This document shows, piece after piece, positions 11,158 to 25,469 of a stretch of DNA of 64,000 bases (positions within the stretch are counted from its first letter, which is position 1; each line of letters begins with the position of its first letter). The notes beneath the pieces are model-generated. The model had not been told where the DNA came from. It worked only from the letters and a program-made list of their open reading frames with translations, and made no database searches. Made by a program: the position numbers and the translations under genes. The stretch spans positions 1 through 64,000 of the forward strand of contig JAUCBJ010008343.1 of assembly GCA_032718475.1 (NCBI GenBank), given 5' to 3'. This stretch comes from Nemertoderma westbladi (Eukaryota > Animalia > Xenacoelomorpha).

Positions 11158-13870
11158 TTTTATAGCGCACCAACTCTGTTATGTTTTATGCACGAACTAA
11201 CTAACTATGTTATGTTTTATAGCGCACCAACTCTGTTATGTTTTATGCACGAACTAACTAACTATGTTATGTTTTATAGCGCACCAACTCTGTTATGTTT
11301 TATGCACGAACTAACTAACTATGTTATGTTTTATAGCGCACCAACTCTGTTATGTTTTATGCACGAACTAACTAACTATGTTATGTTTTATAGCGCACCA
11401 ACTCTGTTATGTTTTATGCACGAACTAACTAACTATGTTATGTTTTATAGCGCACCAACTCTGTTATGTTTTATGCACGAACTAACTAACTATGTTATGT
11501 TTTATAGCGCACCAACTCTGTTATGTTTTATGCACGAACTAACTAACTATGTTATGTTTTATAGCGCACCAACTCTGTTATGTTTTATGCACGAACTAAC
11601 TAACTATGTTATGTTTTATAGCGCACCAACTCTGTTATGTTTTATGCACGAACTAACTAACTATGTTATGTTTTATAGCGCACCAACTCTGTTATGTTTT
11701 ATGCACGAACTAACTAACTATGTTATGTTTTATAGCGCACCAACTCTGTTATGTTTTATGCACGAACTAACTAACTATGTTATGTTTTATAGCGCACCAA
11801 CTCTGTTATGTTTTATGCACGAACTAACTAACTATGTTATGTTTTATAGCGCACCAACTCTGTTATGTTTTATGCACGAACTAACTAACTATGTTATGTT
11901 TTATAGCGCACCAACTCTGTTATGTTTTATGCACGAACTAACTAACTATGTTATGTTTTATAGCGCACCAACTCTGTTATGTTTTATGCACGAACTAACT
12001 AACTATGTTATGTTTTATAGCGCACCAACTCTGTTATGTTTTATGCACGAACTAACTAACTATGTTATGTTTTATAGCGCACCAACTCTGTTATGTTTTA
12101 TGCACGAACTAACTAACTATGTTATGTTTTATAGCGCACCAACTCTGTTATGTTTTATGCACGAACTAACTAACTATGTTATGTTTTATAGCGCACCAAC
12201 TCTGTTATGTTTTATGCACGAACTAACTAACTATGTTATGTTTTATAGCGCACCAACTCTGTTATGTTTTATGCACGAACTAACTAACTATGTTATGTTT
12301 TATAGCGCACCAACTCTGTTATGTTTTATGCACGAACTAACTAACTATGTTATGTTTTATAGCGCACCAACTCTGTTATGTTTTATGCACGAACTAACTA
12401 ACTATGTTATGTTTTATAGCGCACCAACTCTGTTATGTTTTATGCACGAACTAACTAACTATGTTATGTTTTATAGCGCACCAACTCTGTTATGTTTTAT
12501 GCACGAACTAACTAACTATGTTATGTTTTATAGCGCACCAACTCTGTTATGTTTTATGCACGAACTAACTAACTATGTTATGTTTTATAGCGCACCAACT
12601 CTGTTATGTTTTATGCACGAACTAACTAACTATGTTATGTTTTATAGCGCACCAACTCTGTTATGTTTTATGCACGAACTAACTAACTATGTTATGTTTT
12701 ATAGCGCACCAACTCTGTTATGTTTTATGCACGAACTAACTAACTATGTTATGTTTTATAGCGCACCAACTCTGTTATGTTTTATGCACGAACTAACTAA
12801 CTATGTTATGTTTTATAGCGCACCAACTCTGTTATGTTTTATGCACGAACTAACTAACTATGTTATGTTTTATAGCGCACCAACTCTGTTATGTTTTATG
12901 CACGAACTAACTAACTATGTTATGTTTTATAGCGCACCAACTCTGTTATGTTTTATGCACGAACTAACTAACTATGTTATGTTTTATAGCGCACCAACTC
13001 TGTTATGTTTTATGCACGAACTAACTAACTATGTTATGTTTTATAGCGCACCAACTCTGTTATGTTTTATGCACGAACTAACTAACTATGTTATGTTTTA
13101 TAGCGCACCAACTCTGTTATGTTTTATGCACGAACTAACTAACTATGTTATGTTTTATAGCGCACCAACTCTGTTATGTTTTATGCACGAACTAACTAAC
13201 TATGTTATGTTTTATAGCGCACCAACTCTGTTATGTTTTATGCACGAACTAACTAACTATGTTATGTTTTATAGCGCACCAACTCTGTTATGTTTTATGC
13301 ACGAACTAACTAACTATGTTATGTTTTATAGCGCACCAACTCTGTTATGTTTTATGCACGAACTAACTAACTATGTTATGTTTTATAGCGCACCAACTCT
13401 GTTATGTTTTATGCACGAACTAACTAACTATGTTATGTTTTATAGCGCACCAACTCTGTTATGTTTTATGCACGAACTAACTAACTATGTTATGTTTTAT
13501 AGCGCACCAACTCTGTTATGTTTTATGCACGAACTAACTAACTATGTTATGTTTTATAGCGCACCAACTCTGTTATGTTTTATGCACGAACTAACTAACT
13601 ATGTTATGTTTTATAGCGCACCAACTCTGTTATGTTTTATGCACGAACTAACTAACTATGTTATGTTTTATAGCGCACCAACTCTGTTATGTTTTATGCA
13701 CGAACTAACTAACTATGTTATGTTTTATAGCGCACCAACTCTGTTATGTTTTATGCACGAACTAACTAACTATGTTATGTTTTATAGCGCACCAACTCTG
13801 TTATGTTTTATGCACGAACTAACTAACTATGTTATGTTTTATAGCGCACCAACTCTGTTATGTTTTATGC
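11158..13870. repeat. 57-bp perfect tandem array, ~47.5 copies
   Basis: Unit TATAGCGCACCAACTCTGTTATGTTTTATGCACGAACTAACTAACTATGTTATGTTT; no variant copy noticed. Confidence 0.98.
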
Positions 13871-14946
13871 TGTAATGCGATCGCGATGTGAGGCCTTTAA
13901 CTACAATCTAACTGCATATTATATCTCATTATTTCAGAGTCCTAATGGTAGCTGTTGATATTTTATTAGATTACCGGTACAGCGTACAGGTTATTTAAGT
14001 TATTTTATGAGATATTTACCCTAGAGACAAGGGATAGGTGGAATTTGTGACAAAGGCAATTTTTTTTTATTTCTCGTAAATAATACTTTATCTAAATGAC
14101 CTGGCAATAAGAAAGTTATTACCCATTCAATATTGTCAGCTAGTTACAGTATAAATTTATTTGGAGGATTTTCTAAGCATAATAGTCAGACAAAAAAATA
14201 TTTCTACAGGGTATAACCCTACTACTAAGTATTAATGTTAATTGAAAAGTTTTTAATAATTCTGATAAGAAAACGACCCGAAAGCGAAATTATTTACAAC
14301 ATGTAAATTGAACACTTGAGTAAATTTCAGCTCGACATTGGAAGTCATGCTGTATTTTATTAGCTGATTAGTCTGACTACAACTGCAGACAAGTATGCCT
14401 AATACACTAATATCATTGGCCAGTAGGCTATCCTCTGCAGGCCTCTAAAAGTTAACTTCAAGAATGCCCACTGGTAATTGACTCGAATTCTTCTGATTAG
14501 GCCCGAACGTTTCCACTGTGAGACGAAACCTACCCATCAGCTAACGGCCGTCAGCTGATCACTGATTGCATGCAACATATAGGTCTCGGATGCTTTTTAA
14601 ATCGTCTACTGCTGTACATACCTACCGGCAGGGTTTTTTATTTTTAACTTAACTCGCTGCTTGTCTAAATAAATTAAAACGAGTAATACTAAACTAATGT
14701 TTTTAAATGATAATAGTCTATTATTGCCACTGGATGTTTTGTATTTGTGACAATCATTGTTTGGGTTTTCGGAGTTGGTGATTTCATTTCCGACGACATT
14801 TTAATGTTTTACAGTAATCAAGTCGGTCAATCTGACGGTCTGTCTTTCTTAAATTTTGACTGACAATTGGAGTGACAAACTGGTAGACGGAAAGACAGAT
14901 ATAATATAATAACTCAATAACTAAAAAATATCTCGCTAAGCCTAAG

Positions 14947-14980
<34 letters not shown>

Positions 14981-15719
14981 TAAATCTAATAATTGACTAC
15001 CAGTGGTAGTGGATGCAAAATCTTCCAAACATTAGAACGCTAAATATTATTTATTTAATTACTAATAGCGGTATTAATAATATTAATAGAGGCCTAATAA
15101 TTATCGTAATAGTAAAAAGGGCTGTTAGCAATGTTGCTGACCTTTTTACAGGTGTGCACCGATTTATGCATTTTAAATAATTCAAGTTACTTTATTTATA
15201 TGTACGAAGTTGCAGTAATGTATTATTATTACCTATTCCTATTATTGTCCAGCTGGATATGCTTACTGTATTATATTATATTATATTAAATGAGAAACGG
15301 CATCTAATAAGAAATGACGGACGCGCTCGAAATGGCAAGCAGATGGTGTCCCTGGGATAATATGTTAATATGCTAATAAATTATATGCGAATTCAGGCGT
15401 AACATCAAATTAAACCCTAGAGGCATTCTGTTCCCCCAAACTTCATTATAAACTGTCTATTTCAAACATCACAGCTACAGTATAACGAGGTTAATGAGAG
15501 GTTACAGTACATACACACACACACACACACACATACCCCAATCAAGAGCTTCAAAATCTTCAATATATCTGCGTACCCCCCTACGCACACCTGAATAATA
15601 TGAAATACACAATCAACCAGGCAGGCGAGGCGCTTTAGTCCACCCAACTAACCCATTATTTATTTCCCTGTCTTATTTTTCTCCTACAATATATTATTTT
15701 TGGTTTTAACTCTTTTACC

Positions 15720-15800
15720 TGAGCTGCTAGCCGGAGCGGTTAAAGCGTCACAGAGTTCCAACCTGGAGGCCACCAGTTTGATCCCCCTGGTGGAACGAAA
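15720..15800 (+). mobile_element. Degenerate tRNA-derived SINE head
   Basis: A-box-like TAGCCGGAGCGGTTAAAGCG and B-box-like AGTTTGATCCC with tRNA spacing; cloverleaf broken. Confidence 0.45.
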
Positions 15801-16401
15801 GTTATAATAATTTACCTTGACATACTAAGTTAGTTCAATATTCAATGTTTAATGTGTATTTTAATTTAGTTATGCGATCTGAAGTTTTACCCGGTGTAGA
15901 GATTAAATATGTTATAAATCGATATTATATTTGTCTGAACAAAGGGTGTTATAAACCTCAGTGGACACAAATAAGAAGTATTATAAGTATAACATGAGCC
16001 AAATAATGATAATGTTTCCCAAGTACACCATTAATAAGGTATTTGTTACTTTGCTGTCCTGAGTGAAATTTAATTTGTTTAGGTGAAACGTTTGGCTTTG
16101 TAATATTATGTAAAAATACCCAATTAAACGTGCTTATTTTCAAAACACAGAAGTCTCAAAAACACTTTTCATAAAAACTAATGTCATAAAAAATATTTTA
16201 TAGGCTCATATCGCAATGATATTTTAAATAGAAGACCTAATGATTGAGTAATGTAGCTAGCTAATTACGCTATTAGTCGGGAAAATTCCCTATTTAAATC
16301 CGTAGATTAGGTTTATAACTAACTAACTTGATTTGCATTTAATGTTATAGTATTGGCCTCATGGCTCGCGTTTTATATTGATTTTTTTATTGATTCCACA
16401 T

Positions 16402-16680
16402 CGTATAATCTCCAGTTCTAGTGGTCGTATGAAGTTCATTTTAGGCTCGTTAGTTGTTTTCTCAGACAACAAAGTTACCATTTGGTTTTGAAATCTCTTG
16501 AAAGATCGCTGAGCAATCAAAACTTGAAAAAATTTGCAAAGCTTATTTTTCCCAAATTTATGATATGTTGCATCACAACCATTTTATCTTAAATCAAATG
16601 TTAACTTTGTTCTCTGGGAAAAGATCTTTCGAATGAGCCTAAAATAAACTTCGTACGACCACTAGAACTGAAGATTATAC
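16402..16680. mobile_element. Palindromic MITE-like element (~50-bp inverted arms)
   Basis: GTATAATCTCCAGTTCTAGTGGTCGTATGAAGTT...TTTAGGCTC is inverted as GAGCCTAAAA...AACTTCGTACGACCACTAGAACTGAAGATTATAC. Confidence 0.65.
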
Positions 16681-18144
16681 ATTTTGAAGATCACCGAAGA
16701 GCGATAAGTTTATTCCGTGTAATTCCGCATTGACTGCAGATGCAGAAGTCATTAAATTGAGTCCCGTCATTGTTCTGGAGACTTGAAGTTGTCTTACAAG
16801 CTTACTAGTAGGTCCAATAATCATAAAAATTCCTTCACTATTAAAATTGTATGATCTTTCTCATGGAGACATGAAGTGGGCACCGTGACGGGATCCTAGT
16901 CGGCTGAAGATCCCGACCAGTGTTTGTCTCGTGTATATACGCATCGCCGCGTCCACCCAGTGAATGGAATAGACTGAAGGGCCAAGGCTGGTTAAATAAC
17001 AGAGTTTTGTTTATCGTTATTGATAATGTCTGATATATAAGTACTGGTAAAGTACAGCACAATTAGTATAGCACAATGGATATAGCAGTAATGACGATGG
17101 TTTAAACCGTTTGACTTCTACACTCTATAATAGCCAACTGAATATAATTAACATCGAGTAACGGTTATATACTTATTGCTTAGAAGGTTACACCTCTACC
17201 TACACTTGACCTACCAATAGATGCGCGCTAATTGATGGTGTGCTGCCCCACCATTGGTTGGTTTACCCTTTGGCCACTCCCTATCTCCTCTGGCCCTATG
17301 CTGGCTTCAACCTGAGATATGTTGCTATCTATCTCCAACTGGCACTATATTGCCCTGTTCCCTTCTGGTATGCAATATTATGTTGGATAATATTGCATAC
17401 TTAATCGTAATTCGTAAATCATAATTCCTCATTTTCTCACTGGGTGGTGCAGCAGATTGGATTAGCTAACACTCCCCCCCCCATGCTATATTCCCAGTGA
17501 AAAGATAGCATCAACCTAATAGTGCACTCCATTCTGCTGGAATCCAATCTAATATTGGATGTGGGGTGGAATACTCTTTTCTGGGGCCAGTTTTCCAGAC
17601 TCGCCCCTCTGGGTCTGGTCTCACTACCCACCCTTGGTACATCTGCGAGCTAAGTTGTACCAAGGCATCTGGCGTCTCTATTTAGACAATCGCCTCTCCT
17701 CCTCTCTCAATTTTGCTTGGATATTATCATCCAGTTTATCCACCACCTTCACACCTCATTAGTCCCATAGGACTCATCCTCCACCCGGCTCGCTCCCCAC
17801 ACTTGAATTTCGCGCTCTATACCCTTCCTCAAACTCCCTAGCCTCATCATCACACCCCCTTTTTGCTCAACCCCATTTTACTCTCACTCTCTATACTCCT
17901 GTCAGGACCCCACAATCTTGCATACATGCGCTGTATATGCGTTAAGTGGGTCCTTTGTCTCGTCCTCCTGTTTCAGTCAATGAGTTCCCCATCCCAGTAG
18001 CTAATTAATTGGAAAAAGTTACATCTGACTATCGTATGTACATGGTGTTTATTATAAATCTACATAGTATTACACTTTTCGGTTGGTCATATACATATGC
18101 GTAATTTTTACTTATTTATAAAAAATATGAGTCTTGAGTATTAG

Positions 18145-21100
18145 TTAGTTCAGTCCTTGTGGTGCCTTCCAGGCATATGAATAGTCTAATATTAATCTCA
18201 AAGTTAAAGCTTCCCTTTTCCTTAAACCTTTTAAAACTTTTCCTCTGGAAGCCATCTCATCTCCTTGCCCCTCTCGTCGTCCTGTCTTGGGCATTTCTTC
18301 TCCTCCTGTTTGCTCTTCAACGCATTCATCAGCGCCAATACAGCTTTGCCAATCCCCGTAGTTTGATCTTTGGGTGTGGCCATTATCATTTTGCGGTATC
18401 ATTTTGCTGGCAGTCCTACTGAGTGTCCCTCCTGCTTTCCTCTGGTAGTGTCCCACATGATGATCTTCATGGCACATGGTATGTGTTCTGCCAGAAAGTT
18501 TCTAAACTCCATCCTATTCTCCGGTGACCACCTGTCAAGGTACCATTGGGTGTTAATAACCCCTCCGTGTGATGCCGTCGTTGCTACCTCTTGGTAGGTG
18601 AATGGCAGTCTTCTCCTAGTAATCTCTTGGTTAATGTTAAAGAATCCCCCCGGAACTCCTGGGCCTTCATCCTCTGTCTGGTCATGACACCAAAGTCGGC
18701 CCAGTCCTCATAGATACGAAACTTTTCTTCGTCGTCCATCCAATCACATTGAAGCTCGAAGTGTCCTCTAAATCTACACTTACTACACCTGTGATGTAAC
18801 TTTGGACATGCGCCCATCCTTTGGGTGGAGTCATGGCAGTACAGACATGTCGCTTCCTTCTCATAGCGATACAGACATTTCTTCTGCTGGTGGGTTAATC
18901 GCCCACAATAATCGCAGCTGTCTATTACAGTCTGCCTCCCGAACTCGTCCTTGGCTCCACACAACCGTCTGGGTCTGTGGAGTCACTGATACGTGAACAT
19001 CTCCACGTTATTCGTCTCTACCCATGTCGATGTCTCCTCCTTCTCTCAGCATCGGCTCCCCAAATATCACTCCGGGTGCTGCACCCGGTTGCTAGCCTAG
19101 TCGGATCGCATCCACCGAGAAATTCGTTGCCAGCTCTCCATGCTCCCAGACTTGCTTACTTGGGGATCCCAGAAGGTTCTCGCCCCACTGGCTGTCACCA
19201 CCCGCCCATCCAGCCAGTCCGTGTCCACCCGACCAATCCTCTTTATTGGTGGCATCTCCCTGAACTCATCTTCTTCCGTCTCCTCTACCACAAGCGGTTC
19301 CAAGCCCGGGATCGCAATTAATTTAACATGTCCCTTCCCAGCCTGGTACTCGCCTGTAATTCTCCAAGTCTTCCGCCGTTCTCGGTCTCTTCCTCTTAAA
19401 ATCACCCTTGGACCCCCCGGGTATCAGCATTCTCTGCAATCCAGATGTCGACTGTATCAGTGATCCCTCCATCCACTCTATCTCATCCTCTAGCCGAAAC
19501 TTGCCTGAGGTCTCCGAGCCCCATCTCAACTCATCCAAATCCTGGGCTTTGAAATCATAATCCCCTCCTCTTTCTGCTGCCTCTCTACCTGCTGCCTCTC
19601 TCCTCTCTTTCCTAGCAGCCTCTTCTTCCCTCCTTTCTTCCTCCCTATCCACCTCATATTCTTGAAGGAATTAAGTCAAAGTATCTCCCCGCAGTCATGA
19701 CTTTTGTGGACTTCAAGAAGGCATTCGACTCCATCCATAGAGGTAAAATGCTTGAAATCCTAAGAGCTTATGGAATACCAGAAGTAATTGTTGCAGGCAT
19801 TGGATTGTTATATTGTGACACAGAAGCGCAGGTACTCTCACCAGATGGTGAAACTGAGTTTTTCTCAATCCTGGCTGGCATACTGCAAGGTGACACATTA
19901 GCACCATTACTATTTGTAATTGTGCTGGATGACGCAATGAGGATGGCCACAAAGGGTGAAGATCTGGGATTCACACTTCAAGAACGCAGAAGTAGTACAT
20001 ATCCGGCAACTACAGTCACAGACACCAACTTTGCGGATGACATCGCCCTGCTCTCTAATACGCTAGCAGATGCACAGCTTCTACTAAATAAAGTGGAGAG
20101 GGCTGCTAAGGAGGTTGGATTGCATATAAATGCTACCAAGACCAAATTCATGACCTTTAATGTTGATGGAAACTTGACAACCATTGATAATAATCAACTA
20201 AGGAAGGTCGATGACTTCCAGTGCCTTGGATCATGGATAGAGAGTAGCAAAAAGGACATAGAAGTTAGGAAAGCAAAGGCTTGGGTAGCTCTATCAAAAT
20301 TGGATACCATCTGGAAATCAGATCTCTCCAGGCACCTGAAGACTAAGTTCTTTCGAGCCACAGTGGAAAGGGTATTTTTATACGGGGGTGAGACCTGGAC
20401 ACTGACTAAATCACTTGAACAACGAATTGATGGTTGCTACACAAGACTATTAAGGGCAGCCCTAAACATCAGCTGGAGACAACACATGACAAACGCCGAG
20501 CTTTTGGTACAATACCACCTGTATCAACCACCCTCCATGAACGCAGATTAAGATTCAGTGGGCACTGCTGGCGAAGTAAAGACGAGGTCATACCAGATCT
20601 ACTTCTCTGGCAACCAACTCATGGAAAGCGTAGTCGTGGATGACCGGTCATATCATATATAGATCAACTTGAAAGGGATACTGAACTTGGGAGAAACGAA
20701 ATTGCGACAACTATGGAGAATCGGGAAGTCAGGAAGGATCTCATTTCCACTCTCCGAGTTCGCTCGACCTACTAGTAGTAGTAGTAGTATCCGCCAATCC
20801 GTCGATACGGTGTGTGTACTTCTCTGCCCACCAGATGTTGGGTATTGTAATACACCAACTCTCCCTTCTGCCCTGGGTGGTCTACAAGACCTTCGAAGGC
20901 GATTCTAAAGGCTCTTCTGTTGTTCAGAGGTGCTCCCATCAGTAGAAATGCTGTCAGCTCTCTGCCGATGACCACCATCATGAATAGGTTCACTGCACCG
21001 CATCCGGTAAACAGTTCAGCGTCATTCCATCTTTCTTCCCGTAGGTCCCCAGATTGAACAGAAAAATATCTCCGTTCGGTGCCGCTAGATGCAGCAATAT

Positions 21101-21560
21101 AGTTCTACCCGACCCCTTTGACCCCTTCCTCGTCTCATCGTCATCTAAAACCATATATCCCCCCCTCTCTACCGATTCGACAAACTTCCTCCATTCCTTC
21201 TTAGCTGGTTCCCTCGCATACCTTTGAATCCCAAAGGAACTTTCCACCTCCTTCACGACATAACAAAGATGTTCGTTGATCGTATTATCCAACAATGGCA
21301 TTCCGTAGGTTTCAACTAATCGTCATTCGTGCATACCTCTAAACTGATTGTGTAACACGTACGCTTTATGACTCTTAGGAAGTCGATCGTAATACTTCCT
21401 CATCTTATTCTCCATATGTCTCTGCGTGAAATCGACTAACAACTCACTCTCGCTCTTTTCCGACTTCCTCCTCTTGACTAACTCTTGACTCTTGACTAAC
21501 TCTTGACTCTCCGCAATCCCGATTTCTCTCTCTCACCGAACTGGTGGTGCCTTGCAAAGG
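18145..21560 (-). pseudogene. Decayed, probably element-borne ORF: DEDD 3'-5' exonuclease-like N-part, charged coil, three CCHC knuckles; interrupted by an RTE
   Basis: Collinear fragments with stops and frameshifts: YMVLDDDE...TILLHLAAPNGDIFLFNL...LPDAV; EEERREEEAARKERRE; CDYCGRLTHQQKKC, CLYCHDSTQRMGAC, CSKCRFRGHFELQC. Confidence 0.55.
19663..20789 (+). mobile_element. 5'-truncated RTE-clade LINE (RT C-half, frameshifted) with (TAG)n tail
   Basis: FVDFKKAFDS, GILQGDTLAP, FADD, RLRFSGHCWR; TAGTAG tail at 20772-20789; no TSD seen. Confidence 0.93.
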
Positions 21561-22054
21561 CTCAGTAGGGCAAGAGATAACTAATTTCAGTTTCAATCAG
21601 TATTAAATCAGCGATGGCCTACCTTTTATTTACTTTTATCTCCCTTTTATACAATTCATTTTTGGTTACGTGTCAATTTCTCCTACTTTCGCAATTTTGT
21701 CCGATACTTTTTAATTATGTTTCTAGAATTTTTAATTTTCAGTTATTACGATTTCTTCACCTTGCTGTAATTATTTATCCATACATCTTTGCTACTTATT
21801 AAGTAGCACCTCATCAGTTAATTACTTCGTAAGTAATTCATCACTACTTATTGTATGTTTACAGAGAAGACTAGCTACAATTTTCCTATTGTTATACTAA
21901 CTTTCCACCAGACAGCTTTCTGGGTCTGTAACAAGTCTGCACTCTGGGCTATGCACTATAATAGTTTAATTCGTGCGGCCTACACTATCTATCCTATCAC
22001 GCCTACATATCCCCCTCAACTCCTCACGTTGCGCCCTCAGTGCCCACTATAGTA

Positions 22055-22632
22055 CGTTTTATGTACTATTATTGGTCCCATTGGCCCGGCATTAGTGCAT
22101 ATGGTCCCATAGACCTGGCATTAGTATATATGGTCCCATTGACCCGGAATTAGTACGTGTGGTCCCATTGACCCGGCATTAGTACTTATTATGTACATTA
22201 GCACATAATGCTAATCAGACGTACGTAATGTGTACTCATATAATCCTAAATATGGTACTATGTACCCTTCTAATCCTAAATGTGGTACTATGTACCCTTC
22301 TAATCCTAAATGTGGTACTATGTACCCTTCTAATCCTAAAAAATTGTACCTATTATGTACTATCATTGGTCCCATTGACCCGGCGTTAGTGCGTATGTTA
22401 TTATGTATGTTAGTACAGGTGTACTCATCAGACATACGTATGTACGTTTGTACTCATCGAGTGTACATATTAATGTCCATCTATTCCTAAATATTATGTA
22501 CGTTAGTACAGGTGTACTCATCAGACGTACCTTCTATGTACGTTAGTACATTTGTACTCATCGGACGTATGTAATGTTCATCTAAACCTAAATAATATGT
22601 ACGTTAGTACAGATGTACTCATCAGACCCTAC
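22055..22632. repeat. Complex short tandem repeats (~30-bp units of several types)
   Basis: TGGTCCCATTGACCCGGCATTAGT x4-5; TAATCCTAAATGTGGTACTATGTACCCTTC x3; TAGTACAGGTGTACTCATCAGAC x4. Confidence 0.85.
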
Positions 22633-22644
22633 AGCTGTCATAGT

Positions 22645-23600
22645 GTTTCTATTCGCAGACGACTTATTAATTTACAGTGACACAAGGGAAGGACTGCAAG
22701 CGGCTTTAAAGGCAAGTACAGAATGGGTAGCACAAATAACGGTATGCAGGTCAATCTAACAAAAACAGAGATATTATTAAATTCGGAAGAGGAGGGAGGT
22801 TAGCAAAGGAGGATAGATTTTATTATAATAACAATCAAGTAAATATAGTCAATATAATTTACATTGCATATCTCGAAAGTTGTTTCTAAATCTCTATCAG
22901 GAATCCACTCTATAAAAGACACCAAATTATTATCACTTTCGACTGCTATCAAACTCTGAAAATATGTCCAATTGTATCCTACAGTCTGCCTATCATCTGG
23001 CCCTTCTTTGCAGCCACTAATTTACACTCTATCGACAGAATTAAATCTATTTTCCTGAAGCGCGTTCTAGGACTCCACAAGAACTCACGTAACCGACTAG
23101 TTAATTGCAATATCCCGCGAAATAAATTTCACTATAGACCTTAAAAGATTCCACAACCTCCCCACCACAACCGAATTCAACAAATACCAGGTAGTAATAT
23201 CTAACAAAATTGCGGATATCGATATCGATCCTGAATTCTGGAACACACCATCGCTAAATAATAATAGTTGGGTGTCAGCAAATAACCCTCAAAGACATGT
23301 AGTGACTAGGTATTCTGCATACAGGTATCATCACCTCATTTGCAATACAAAGGGTATCCGCACAAATTCCCCCGACTGCAGATGCAACCTACAGTATGCG
23401 GCTCCCACGCTTCCACGTATCACCTGCAGGGTTGTATCGACAGTACACGCAGTTTGTCGCAATGGTCAAAATAACTAACTTTTATTTTATTTTAATTCGA
23501 TTTTATACCCCGGCATATTGTTTGCTTTTTACACTATACAGTATGCAATAATCACGTTTTACCTTGTGTGCCAATACCATGGCTTATTTATTTAATATAA
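22645..23600 (+). mobile_element. Degenerate CR1/L2-like LINE 3' fragment
   Basis: Reads FLFADDLLIYSDTREGLQAALK...NLTKTE...KFGRGGRL, with frameshifts. Confidence 0.75.
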
Positions 23601-23936
23601 ATAGATAAATATAAGGGAAAACAAATAATCATCATAATCACAACATAATAATTATATTACATATGTATTTTATTATTACATATTACATTATAATTATTAA
23701 TTTATATAATATTATTCAACAACATGCATAATGTGCCAATGTTGGCATTAGTTACTACAATGATAGATACAGTAACTGAAATAGGATACTGAAAGTAAAC
23801 TGAGCAATCGTATCAACTATAGGCTAAAAAGTGACATAATTATAATGCACAAATATATTTCATTACCAAATTCGTATAAATATTAATTTCGAAAGTGAAA
23901 CAATTACAAATGAAGGGAAGGGGGGGGGGGATATGT

Positions 23937-24300
23937 CTAAGCAGTTAGCTCTAAAGCATTTTTGCGTAATTTCAGAGCTTTATAAATGAATAGGGATAGA
24001 TTTGTTATTACATTCGGCGAAGGCGATGACATAATCTTCTTAAATTTAAAGAGGGAAAGAAAACGTGAATTGTAGGGAGCTATGAAAATGTTGCGAATAT
24101 TTTGATAGGCTGGACAAACCAGCAAAAAATGAAACTCATCTTCCACCACATTTATTGAACACATCTGATAAAAACGTTCATTGCGATGGTACATGGTACC
24201 ACCTACCAATCTCTACGCGCAGGTCATGCGAACAGCACCAAAACCAAGATAATGCATTGCGAAGGGTTGTCTTTTAGGTCTAAAAGGTAATTCTCAGGAT
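23937..24300 (-). mobile_element. LINE (CR1/L2-like) 3' end fragment
   Basis: C..NVVEDEFHFLLVCPAY C-terminal motif; duplicated at 41464-41860. Confidence 0.75.
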
Positions 24301-25149
24301 GAAAAGTGACTTTAACATAGAACTATCGCCCTTCGGCGATGCATAAATTGATTGATAATAATAAATTATCACTCAAACATTATGCGCGGGTTGTATTTCT
24401 AAATATACGAAAACAGAATGCAACATTCGACCAATTTGGAATTCTCCCGAGTCTACCTTTTATTTAAATTTAAATTACTAGAAATGCTTGTATATGGAAT
24501 CTTTTTAGAAAATCTCCATACAGCCATATGTCAACCATTTTCAGGTTCACTTTAACTCTTTATTACATGGAAATAAAAGAGCACATGGATATCATATGTA
24601 CTTATTGTATTGTACTACAACAGTACAGTACACGCACCGGTACAGCAGTACACATACCAGTACATCAGTACTGTATATATCAATAACAGTTTTTTTCTAA
24701 ATAAATACCCTACTTTGGTTCTTCATAATGAGATTAAAATTTTGCAAATTGCACCAAACATTATTATCCCACAACCAGTTTATGTACGTCATATGCATTA
24801 AATAAACAATGAAACACAGTAATATATAATAAAGTTATAAATCCAAAATAACTCACCCGCAGAGGCGTAGCGAGTGGTTTTGGAGTTAGTTTTTGTGCAT
24901 GCACAGTTTTATGCCCCCCGCCCCCTCCCTAAAAAACACTAAAAATATCATTATTCAAAGACATATATTTTTTAAGGGCACAATAATATGTTCTTAACAA
25001 TTAAAAATGTAGTAATATTATAAGGTAGTAAATAGTAATATTACTAGAAATACTAGTGGACTCTTAATTTTATACTAACTTTAGTATGTAATATAATGAA
25101 CCATATACATCTTAAAGATTTATTTTTCTGGCTTTTATTGCTGCAAAAT

Positions 25150-25380
25150 TGTATCAGTATCAGTAGTATCAGTATCAGTTTATCAGTATCAGTATCGGTA
25201 TCGGTATCGGTATCAGTATCGATATCAGTATCAGAATCGATATTGGTATTGGTATCGGTATTGGTATCAGTATCAGTGTCGGTGTTGGTGTCGGTGTCGG
25301 TATCAGTGTCAGTGTCAGTATTGGTATCAGTATCAGTATTAGTATCAGTATCGGTATCATTGTTGGTATCAGTATCAGTA
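25150..25380. repeat. (ATCAGT/ATCGGT)n hexamer microsatellite
   Basis: Direct reading; the paralogous site at ~42700 has only a few units. Confidence 0.95.
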
Positions 25381-25469
25381 GGCCTATCTTGATCGGACAG
25401 ACACTGTATGATGGTTCCATCACATTTGTGTCTACTGCTGATATGGTGACACAGATCCATTCTAAGTCT

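Noticed and set aside
11158-13870. CRISPR-like array (also considered for 5959-6411, 28642-29560 and 36610-39622)
   Set aside because: No unique spacers, no cas genes, eukaryotic context.
11188-13875. 895-aa ORF (MHELTNYVMFYSAPTLLCF)n
   Set aside because: Product of a 57-bp stop-free satellite; no unique sequence or synonymous variation.
22410-22630. Repeated CUGAUGA-GUAC-loop-GUAC on the - strand resembling a hammerhead ribozyme
   Set aside because: Stem II is followed by UAAC rather than the required GAAA, and no NUH cleavage arm was found.
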